A stretch of 39,897 nt of DNA from contig JBNGIO010001946.1 in NCBI GenBank assembly GCA_049999805.1, positions 1 through 39,897 of the forward strand. The letters are read 5' to 3'. A program made the position numbers and the translations under genes. The DNA is from Folioceros fuciformis (lineage: Eukaryota). The notes beneath the pieces were generated by a model. It was not told the origin of the DNA. It did not search any database and was given only the letters and a program-made list of their open reading frames with translations. Shown piece after piece: positions 1 through 9,039 of the stretch (position 1 is the stretch's first letter; every line of letters starts with the position of its first letter).

Positions 1-95
1 AACGGTGGTGGAGTGGGAGGAAAGGCGCCCGTGCCCCAGGGCTTCCTGCCGGTGCGCAGGTACAAGTCCTTGTCGGAGTTATCTTGTTGACGCAT
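1..95 (-). other. Possible 5' start of a gene running off the left edge (MRQQDNSDKDLYLRTGRKPWGTGAFPPTPPP...)
   Basis: ATG at 95 on the - strand is open to the window edge. It is preceded by a branch-point/acceptor-like CCTAATTCTATCGGCAG ending at 122. No family recognised. Confidence 0.2.
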
Positions 96-1460
96 CCCCG
101 GCTCCAAGGCTCTCCGTCATCCTGCCGATAGAATTAGGTCATGGGGAGTGTACAGTAGAATGACCAGCCCTGCAGCTCTTGGTCCATAGAAACTGCAGCT
201 GGTGTTGGAGCCCTGGCACTGATGTTGTATCGAGGGGATGTGTGGCGGGTGAGCTCCTTTGTAAATCGCAGGGGGAGGTTGGGCGGGGTAGGGAGGTCAC
301 TCGCGTTGGTAGCTTCATGTCCTCAAGGTGTACTTTTTATGTATCACTTGTAGCTTACAGCCTACTAAGGGGTACTCTAGCTGTCTCAGGAGCGACCGGC
401 ATAGGTTTGGGACGAGTGCCGGTATCATCTCAGGTGTCAGATGTTCTGTGTCTTGCCGATGTACATTAGCTACACTTGTTCTACCACGGTTCAACCTCTT
501 GCCAAATCTGTGCACCAAACTCGATACATGCCCTTGCACTTCGCCTGCACCGATCCAATCCACTCTGAGCGCCTTTCGTAGGCTTTGTGTTATTCGAGAT
601 CGATCTGGCAGAGTTGTGGCGGGCCAACTGCACATTCATCTGCACCAGTGATCTGGCCACCAGCTGCTACCTATATGAGTTGAGCCCATCGAGAGTGTGG
701 CACTCGCGGAATGGGAATTGGTCTTCGGACGGGAGGTGGGATGACATTCGTGCACGTGTTAATCAGCGTCCTCCATCGAGTGCCAAAATGGATGCGATAC
801 TGGCGAGGTTTGCAGGCTGAGCTGACTTCCGTCGTAGCCCTTGATCATCTTGCCGGCTTCAATGCTGCAAGGCCCTGTGAATTGGTCTCCAATGGAACCT
901 CGGAAACCGTGATTCCCTCCTGCAACCGACAAAGTCACTGCACACGTCAGGCGTATGGCTTGGTGGACATGGATCCATGATCACCACCTCCTGCATGCAG
1001 ATTTGCAGCATTAGAAACACTCAGCCGAGACTTCGCAAGGAAAACTTTGCACATCATCCTAAGAACCTGCTTGTTCAAGTCGGCACGCCTGCGTGTTCTG
1101 TGTAGAAGTGTGCAGGAGGTGGAGTGCAATAGTGGAACCCACGAACGTCAAATTGGTGTCGCAGCCTGCAGTGGACCCCTGTATCAGTTGCTTGTTTCAC
1201 AGGTCACTGTGTCTCGGCCATTTGAACTGTTTCGAATCGCCACCAGAGATAAGAGGCCCATTTCCACCGTTGTTGTAATCGGAGCACATCCCGACGCCAA
1301 CCCTGCACGCTTGCATTTCACCGATCACACCAAACTGGAAGGGGAACGATGATACCCCCAGCTCTCGGAATCTAGGAGCCAATCGACATGAAGAAGTGGG
1401 TCACCAAACAGCCATAAGCTTAGGAAGCTATATCAGAATGATTGAGAGTGACGACGGTCG

Positions 1461-1606
1461 CAGATAATTCCACAACTCCAAAGGTTTCATCGTCCACCCA
1501 ATTCGTTTGAGTAATCCGCGTATGATCGTGGGCGACGAAGCTCACAGATAAGTCTACCTCTCCAGAAGGTTTCATAGTCTAACCAATTCGTTTGAGAGTT
1601 CCGCGT
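1461..1606. repeat. Imperfect ~60 bp direct repeat, two copies (1461-1521, 1545-1606)
   Basis: Both copies share CAGATAA...AAGGTTTCAT.GTC.A.CCAATTCGTTTGAG...TCCGCGT. Confidence 0.85.
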
Positions 1607-2251
1607 GGGTGTCCAAAAAGGGTCTCAATTCTGCAACACCAATACCTAGCCCAAGGTTTTGCTTGGAATGTCGTCAGTAGCAACGGACTGTTGACCGGTT
1701 GTGACAACGTTTGACTTGCGTCAAGAACTTTCGGTCAGGAGTCGAGAGTTCATGCAGTCTATTGACAAGCATGGAAGAATCAGGAGAGGTCGGTGAGAAC
1801 CAGAAAAGACGCTCAAGCCGAAGAGGATCGTCACACACCACTGTGGCAGACTAGAGTAAGAACTGCCACTGCACAGCACACTGTGCATCGTAGGGACTGG
1901 GACGTATGTCACCACCTCATTCAATAAATCACTCAACAACGGCCATAGAGGCTCTGCAAACTTGCACTCTGTGGTGTGCACATATGTTCATGACCCGTGT
2001 GGCCATAGCGGCGACGGCAATCCCTCGTATGTCCATAAACACAACACTGCCTTGCCTTGCCGTGCCGTGCCTCTTCCTCGACCGTTGCCAAACGTTCAAC
2101 GTCCCAACGGTCAGTTTTGTTACTGCGTGGAACCAATAGATAACAGTGGCCACCAGTAAATGCACAATTTTCTCATGTTTCTTTTTGGGTACCCTTTTTG
2201 AGCTTCCCTTGGTGCTGTGCTCAGGTTGATTGCCTCACTACTGATAGATTT

Positions 2252-2328
2252 TTCAATGAGTGTGTTTTTACTTCACCCAAAATCTGAGGGAAATATAATT
2301 GGATGAAGTAAAGACGCACTCCTTGGAA
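2252..2328. repeat. Imperfect inverted repeat, ~29 bp stem and ~18 nt loop
   Basis: TTCAATGAGTGTGTTTTTACTTCACCCAA (2252-2280) pairs with TTGGATGAAGTAAAGACGCACTCCTTGGA (from 2299). Several mismatches are G:U-compatible on the + strand. Confidence 0.85.
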
Positions 2329-3090
2329 GGTAAGGATTCTCCCTCTTTGGTCAATCAGAGTGAAGTCTCATGTTGAAAATTTATTTTTTGTGAACTTAAT
2401 CAAATTAATATTAGCTTTTGTATTAAAATAATTTATTAACAAAGGCTATGTTTAGGGTGACAACATAGCGACCATGAAAATGCATAAGGACATGGAGTAC
2501 ACATCTTGTAGTTTGCCAAGTGTGCAATAGATTGCATGGCCACATGTGATGTAGATGTGGCTCCAATTAGGTTATAGATGGCAACTTGAAGTGGGCTAGG
2601 TGGTCCCATGATTTTTTCAAAACTAGTGCTCGTGGTCAAGCAAGCAAAATGGACCTAGGGTATGGAGGAATTAGAGAATTGTGGCTCATAGAGTGAGTGC
2701 AAAAATTGTCAAGCATATGGTTGATGAGGTCTAAAAGTGTAGTGAGCAGCAACGGCAAGCATCGAGGAGGGCAATTTTTATCATGGTTAGTGAGGGTAGC
2801 TTTTACCAAGATTAGAAAGGGCAACCAATAGGGGAGGTAGCTTTAAAATTTATCAAGGTCAGCGATAGTAATTAGTAGAGAGGGTAGCAAGGGCACCAAG
2901 CGACAAGGCTCTTCCAGTTGCTTTGCCAAAACCCAAACTTTCTCCTCTTCCTGTCCTTTGAGCCCCTCGAGCTCTTGCTTGCAAGGGTTACACTCCTCCT
3001 GGAGTTTATTAGACTCATCTCATAGTACCAAGGTAAGTCCAGCAACCCGTTTCTTAGGAATTAGCCAACAAGCAGCAAGGCGATCGCTGA

Positions 3091-3170
3091 GGGCAATAAG
3101 AGGTAAGGCGAGTTAAGGGCAACAAGAGGCAAGGCAAGTTGAGGGCAATAAAGCGACAAGGAGACTCAAA
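3091..3170. repeat. Degenerate 26 bp tandem repeat (~3 copies) in a purine-rich tract
   Basis: GGGCAA[T/C]AA recurs at 3091, 3117 and 3143. Confidence 0.7.
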
Positions 3171-3739
3171 GGCAGCGAAGTACAACAGCTCTGTGAGGGT
3201 AGGGAGGCAAAGGTAATGCGCTTAGGATAGCAAGCTTATGGTAAGGAGGCAAGGTTAGCACCCCTAGGACAGGGGATCGTGGTAGGGAGGCAAGGGCAAT
3301 GATCTCGTAGATGGAAGGTAATATGATGAGCACATAAACGAGAGCAAGAGCAGGTCAAGAGGGCCTTGCAGCAAAAGGGAGGAGGGCTCTCATAGGAGGA
3401 GCAAAGGGGGGAGGGAGAGATGGGCAAGGAGGGGAGCAAGGGCAACAATTGCATCTATGGTACTTAGCAGACCCTACCTATTGGACTCAGCAAACCCTAA
3501 TGGTGGGGATAAAAGCAAAGAACAACATTCCATGGCATGCTTTGTAATGAGACTATTAGGCCCCCCTCCATCACTCTTATTCTCCCCTCCCCCTTGTGGA
3601 AAGTATTGCAATGAGTTGTAATTCACCTTTGCAAGCTATAGCTTGACAAGATAGCTCTCTATATAAGGCATCTTCACAACATGGCTATATAAGGCCTCCT
3701 TAAAAATATAGTTTTGTAGCAAATCCATAATGTGGAGCC

Positions 3740-4160
3740 ATGTTGCAACGAGGTAAGTTGGTTTGGCCAAACAATTTTGTAACATTAATGTAGGTTGGGT
3801 CGAATGATCTAGAATGTTGTCGACTACAAGTAGCCATGGTGTTTCTCTTTTGAAGACAAAAAATCACAAACTTTCAGCAATTTATGGTGTGAAGCGATGT
3901 TGCAAGGAGGCAAGTTGACTTGGCCAAACCATCCTAAAACATTCAAGTTACAAGCTTGCTTGAGCAATTCTAGAATGTTGCTAATGAAAATAGAGTGCTC
4001 ATTATTAGGGTTGGTGTTGTAAACATATGCCAAGAGGGAACATCCTAGAGTGTTGTTGATTGAAATAGAGTGCTCAATATTAGGGCTATTGTTATAAACA
4101 TATAGTAAGTGGGAACAGTGTGGGTTGCAAGTAGCTATGATGTTTCTCCTGTAGATGCAG
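3740..4160. repeat. Decayed tandem duplications, likely within an old transposon
   Basis: ~75 bp unit CTAGA.TGTTG...AAATAGAGTGCTCA.TATTAGGG...AAACATAT...GGGAACA at ~3970 and ~4045. GTTGCAA.GAGG.AAGTTG..TTGGCCAAAC at ~3742 and ~3899. CAAGTAGC.ATG.TGTTTCTC at ~3827 and ~4128. Confidence 0.7.
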
Positions 4161-4590
4161 AAAATAGTAAACTTTCATATAACAACCATGAAAGGTGGCT
4201 TAGAGTGTGCTTATCACTGAGTAAATTGACCGTTTTGGTTCAAGCATTGAAGTGAACACAACTACTCTAAAAATATCAAATGAGTATGCCCTTGCATACC
4301 CTAAGAAAAAAAAAATGAGAGATAATATCTATTATCTTTGGCATGCCATATGAATGCACTAAGCAGCTACATGCTTTAATGCTCGTTCCGATCTTGCCCG
4401 ACCTTGTTCTTTCCACATTGAAAGTAGTTCTACATTTACCTCAAAACTTGAGTGACTACTATGGAATACCACATTAGGCATAGCACAGGTGTGGGTTTTT
4501 CTATAAGAGTGTGTGGGGAATCTTGCAAAATATCCATAAGATTTCTAGGACAGTTTGCAAGATTCATAGATTCACTTTGCAATTTTGTTA

Positions 4591-4660
4591 ATCCTTAGAG
4601 GCTATGTGGCCGCTTTTGTACTTCCCCCTCTTACAAAGCGGCCACATAGCCTCTAAGGAT
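4591..4660. repeat. Near-perfect 29 bp inverted repeat with 11 nt loop
   Basis: ATCCTTAGAGGCTATGTGGCCGCTTTTGTA (4591-4620) versus TACAAAGCGGCCACATAGCCTCTAAGGAT (4632-4660); only a single-T bulge. Confidence 0.95.
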
Positions 4661-4891
4661 GGAACTTTCCCAAAAGAGCCTATGGAAGATGGAGAAGGAG
4701 GGGGATAAAGAAGGAAGATCATGGTACTTGAAGAGAATAAAAAAGGAGGAGGAGGGAGCTTCAAAAGAGGCTGGGTAGCTTGAGAGGGATGGAAGAGGTG
4801 AGGGGGGCATGGGAGGGCTCTGCCAAAAAGAATGACGGTTTAAGAATCCCCGGATTTTCATCATGTGGTCTCTTGTACTTGCATTTTCCTG

Positions 4892-5205
4892 TCCTCTAGT
4901 TGCATGTATTTTGGTCTCCTCTAGTTGCATGCATTTTGGTGTCCTCTAGTTGCATGTATTTTGGTCTCCTCTAGTTGCATGCATTTTCGTGTCCTCTAGT
5001 TGTATGTATTTTGGTCTCCTCTAGTTGCATGCATTTTTGTGTCCTCTAGTTGCATGTATTTTGGTCTCCTCTAGTTGTATGCATTTTTGTGTCCTCTAGT
5101 TGCATGTATTTTGGTCTCCTCTAGTTGCATGCATTTTCGTGTCCTCTAGTTGCTTGTATTTTGATCTCCTCTAGTTGCATGCATTTTCGTCTCCTCTTAT
5201 TGCAT
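4892..5205. repeat. Minisatellite: 12 full copies plus a partial copy of a 25 bp unit, organised as 50 bp A/B dimers
   Basis: Alternating TCCTCTAGTTGCATGTATTTTGGTC and TCCTCTAGTTGCATGCATTTT[G/C/T]GTG with an exact 25 bp period from 4892. Confidence 0.97.
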
Positions 5206-5224
5206 GGAATACCATACTAATCTA

Positions 5225-5260
5225 ATTTTGTAGTCTGCGGTATACTATGAACTACAAAAT
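5225..5260. repeat. 36 bp decayed palindrome centred on GTATAC
   Basis: Left half ATTTTGTAGTCTGCGGTA versus reverse complement of right half ATTTTGTAGTTCATAGTA; all 5 mismatches are transitions. Confidence 0.75.
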
Positions 5261-6565
5261 GGCAATGTTGATGGAGAATGGAGCGCTAATTTGGGTATGC
5301 TGCTGGAGGTCCGTAGTGAGACCACTGCATAGCGTGCTGAGCTGCCCTTTCTAGGGCTCCAACTTTGGAGCCCAACCAATCTAAGCCCTGAAACTCTGTA
5401 CAACGAACAAGTACACGGCTTTGGTCGTTAAGCCGCCTTTCTTCCGAGTCTCAAAATACCACCAGACCCTGCAGGTGGAGAACAATGGAGGGGTCCATCA
5501 GCGTGGTGTCGAACCGGGTGGCCCGTACGATATGAGGTTTATTTCTATGTCGTGATAACGAATACAATGTAGACATTGCTCATTGGCGCAAGTCACAATG
5601 AAAAACTACATCGGTTTTGACAGCAAGTAGTACGCCTTTGACGATAAATAATGCGATCTGAAGAACGTTGATAAAGTTGATAAACTTGACTCAGGTGACC
5701 CCCAATTCGCATTCCCGATCACGATGCGTAACCGCCTGAGGAAGTGCGTGTCCCTGGCCGTGAAAGAGAATATGCCACACGAATCTAGAGCGGCGCTGTC
5801 CTGCATGATTCTTTGCCACGATAATCTCGGGCTCCGGCGAGCATACCGGTCTGCTATCTTCAACGTCGATCCCACATCGGCCGTACAGATTGTCTGTCCC
5901 GTTTCGCTCATTGCACCGCAGTGACGCGACTAGGTACGCCCAATCATTTCCGAACACTTCAGCAGACCAACAGTCGCGCAATTTAGAAAAGGAAGGTGCA
6001 AGCTACAGCCGCTCCAACTTTTGGCAAGACCTTGCTGGGCGGACTCAAGAATTAAAAATCAGCACCAACCGAGTGTTCCTTACGCACGGGCGTTCAAGGT
6101 TTTGCCGGTAGCTCACACAACTCGCAATGCGCAACACATAATAGGGCAGAAGCTGTTAAAAGTAGTCCTATCCTCGTCCGAGAAATTGCACGGTGAACAA
6201 CCATTGCCACAATACAAGGGTCACCCCTACTTTGTCCCGCGAGGTGAAGAGTACTCCATACAAGTCGCTCACAGAATGTACATAATGGTGTCTCAGCCCT
6301 AAAGCTGTAGGATTTCCCCACCGTCGCCGTCCGCTGCAAAATTTCCGCCTCCATCGTCCCGTACTCCTCAGAATTAAGAGGTGGATAGAGCCAGTGCTTT
6401 ACACTGGACTACTCCAACAGACGAGACCGACCCCATGCTCCGAGAAAAGAATTTCGGAACCCATCCTTCACGGCGTCCCCGGGCTGCAACAAGAAAAAAC
6501 GGAACAACACAATATGCTGCTTCATCTTACCTAGGAAGCCCCGTAGCTCCATCAGCAGAAAGTCC

Positions 6566-6982
6566 TCAGTTGATATCCATAAAAGTCGAGATAGGGAGCA
6601 CTCTCTGCCTGAAAGGGGACTCAAAGCAGGGCGGGTTCTTCATCAGGTCACGGCATCTCTTCATGGGTGACGTCTCACTATTCTCTGCGTCCCGCTTTCT
6701 TCTAACTCCCCGGATTGCATCCTGCTCGGATATAGTGAGAGGGAAGACTCTTCCGCTCACTCGGCACAGCGTGCTGTGATTGTCATACATAACTCTCTGG
6801 TTGCAGTTCTGGTCACAAACATGGCTGCTGCCACTCGTGGCACATCGATAGAGATTGGCCCAGACATGCTGCACCTCACAACGGCGATCACAGCGGTGCC
6901 CGGCCGCCTCTCCAAAGCCAAGATAGCTGGAAAGGTAGATTGTGTTGATGTCTGAGTTGAAAGACCGGTAATCAACTTCCAT
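6566..6982 (-). CDS. 138 aa conserved plant Cys/His-rich protein (Herpes_UL92-like domain, related to the SKIP31 C-terminus, no F-box)
   Basis: Single-exon ORF with GHRCDRRC...LYRC..SG..HVCDQNCNQRVMYDNHSTLCRVSGRVFPLT.SEQDAIRGVRRK, matching the plant H.CD.NC.QRI.YDNH..LCR.SG family as recalled. Basic RRKR/KRCR NLS-like motifs. Confidence 0.85.
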   Translation of the reverse strand: MEVDYRSFNSDINTIYLSSYLGFGEAAGHRCDRRCEVQHVWANLYRCATSGSSHVCDQNCNQRVMYDNHSTLCRVSGRVFPLTISEQDAIRGVRRKRDAENSETSPMKRCRDLMKNPPCFESPFRQRVLPISTFMDIN

Positions 6983-7002
6983 TGCGAGAGAAATCTAGGA
7001 AC

Positions 7003-7492
7003 CTGCATAACAAAACCGGCCACAGCATCGTCAAGCTTTGCTCCACCATGGGTATCACATGCGAGATGTAAAGCTCCGTAAATACACGCCCAGCCGCGGG
7101 GAAGAAAGTGCAGGCAGCGGTTTTGGAATTAACACCACGAGTTTCAAGCGCAAAGATAGGCGGGAATGCTGCAGAGAGCAGACTTCCAATGCATGCGAGG
7201 GAAAGAAAACACCAGCACCCGCACCAGCGAAGCTTTCCCACTCAAAAAGAAGCAAGTAAAACTTGCCACATGCAGAGCTATGAAGTTGGAGCCTCTTGTG
7301 CTCCTCTCTTAATCGACCTGCCCCGCGGGAAGGCATGCCCGGAAGGAAGCAGCACAAAGCAAAACAAATTGAGAGCGAGAAAGCGAGCATCGTTCCCCCT
7401 TTACCCCTGCGGGCTGCCTCGAACCCGCACCGAAACAAGCAAAAATGCTCCTCTATTGCATCGTCCTAGCCTAAGCATGCAGAGCTACTCAC
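7003..7492 (-). other. Predicted 5'UTR intron of the UL92-like gene
   Basis: Donor CG|GTGAGT at 7492 and acceptor TTATGCAG| at 7003, 20 nt upstream of the ATG; T-rich on the - strand. Confidence 0.6.
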
Positions 7493-8111
7493 CGCACGCA
7501 CGATGGCCGCAATTGCACAGTGCACCAGCGCCGCCTCTCCGCTTCCGCTTCCAGTAGAGAGGCCGCCTCAAGCACTTCGGGCAAAGATTGTGAGCCGCCC
7601 CACAGCGCGGCGTCTTCTTTCCGCCTTCCGCAGCGCAGGTCTGGGGAGAAGCGGAGAAGTGTGTCGGCTAAGAATGCCAGAAGTGTCGTAAACCAGGGAG
7701 AGGAGGGCGACGGGCGCCGCACATGGAACCACGACCTAAGGCAAGGACCCGCCCCACCTTTTATCGGTACCGGTCTTCGAGGAAGCGCCTTAACCACATG
7801 GGCGACCGGGCCACTGGCAGCATACGGTGCCGCCTCGGCCCAGGCTTGCTTTTTCTCTTGGGACCGCCAATGACTGATATATGTATATCTAAAATACCGT
7901 GACTAACAATCAACTTGCCTGCCCTCCAGACTTCCAACGCACAAATTCCTGCAGTCTAGGATCCACCTCCTCCCCCACAATTTGAATGCCACCCACTCTG
8001 CAACGTTGCTTCCGTCTGCATTTCAGGTTGTTGAGAGATGGCGGTGATGCGTGCGTACGGTGGATGAAGTCATGCGTCTCATCCCAAATGTATTGCGTGG
8101 AGAAGTGTGTG

Positions 8112-9039
8112 ATGGGCAACCAGGGCGAAAAGAGAAAGAGGCTTGCAACTAGATATGGATGTGTGACGCGACGTAGAAAGGAGAGGGGCAGACCACGCGC
8201 GAAGTCGCACACGTCTACGCCACCGACACGGTCATTCGGTGCTAGTTACTAGGTTACTGCTTTTGGTGGGTGATGGGGTTTTCAAAAGCGGGGCTGCAGG
8301 GCAGGGCCTTGGAAGTGGTACCTCGTCGAGGGAGAAACCTGATGCCACGGATATTCAGCTTTGCATACCGATACATATTCCTGCAGAGGGAGCTCAGCTC
8401 AGGAGCTGGAGATCCACAACGGTTGATTCTTATTGGGGAAGGTACCTATCATCTGATATCCATATCATATGCCAAAAATACATAGCGGGAACATCGCCCT
8501 ACCCTAAAGCTTTTCCCTAGGGCTTGTTCATACATGCAGTCTATCGTGGAAAGTAGCCGGCACAGGAAGACATTGCAGCGCCTACTTGGCAGCGCAGAGA
8601 TGGAACTTTGGCGCACAAATATCGAAGATGGAGTGGTTGCCAAGGTAGATGTGGCCAACGTGTGGCGTGCCGCATTTATTTGTTTTAGGGCAACCTTGAG
8701 CGGGATGGATTGTAGCACTGGACTGGTCAGTGCCGATTGCCATGATAATGCAGCCTTTCTTTCGTGTCTGGAGGACGCCATGTTCTTCGACCACTACAGC
8801 TTCGTTGGGGGACCGGGGTATCCGCCGCAGGATTGGCTCCTCCCCAGAATGGAAAAGGATAAGGTTAACGACCTTACAATACTTTCGGTGGCATGCATTT
8901 TTGTCCCGTTGCGTGCATAGACTGCTGAATCTCTATCTCGACGGCTTGTGAATGTGTGTGTCAGTGTTGTTCCGTTGTCCGTGTCTCTGCTTACCAGATA
9001 CCGCCTCTCACTGGGATGAAAAGTGCACTGCAGTGCTGA
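8112..9039 (+). CDS. Putative PIF/Harbinger transposase-derived (HARBI1/ALP1-like) protein or pseudogene with an N-terminal AT-hook/NLS
   Basis: Model exons 8112-8238, 8300-8441, 8521-8863, 8998-9039 (217 aa). Motifs in Harbinger order: DIQLCIPIHIPAEGAQLR (~EQLAIFL..LA.G...R), RSTTVDSYWGRAC (~S.STVS.YF..VC), IEDG, MDCSTG..CHDNAAF (~DV.TGWPGS.HD..VF), YSFVGGPGYPPQDWLLP (~YLLGD.GYP...WLL.P). ATQALVERA (~R..VERAF) lies out of frame at ~9074-9100. Introns 8442-8520 and 8864-8997 have good splice signals; 8239-8299 is weaker. Confidence 0.5.

Noticed and set aside
330-1352. Possible LINE zf-RVT/RNase H or gag remnant on the + strand (VLCLADVH*LHLFYH, LAELWRAN, LQAELTSV)
   Set aside because: Matches are short, key Cys/Asp residues are missing and spacing is off. 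The region could equally be UTR or intron of a - strand gene.
4892-5205. CRISPR-like array
   Set aside because: Units are contiguous with no unique spacers, there are no cas genes, and the context is eukaryotic.
5606-6354. Several 66-101 aa ORFs downstream of the UL92-like gene
   Set aside because: No recognisable motifs or splice structure; best read as a long 3'UTR or intergenic DNA.
6566-7500. Full F-box protein SKIP31
   Set aside because: No F-box-coding exon found upstream; the ORF starts with its own ATG just after a UTR intron.
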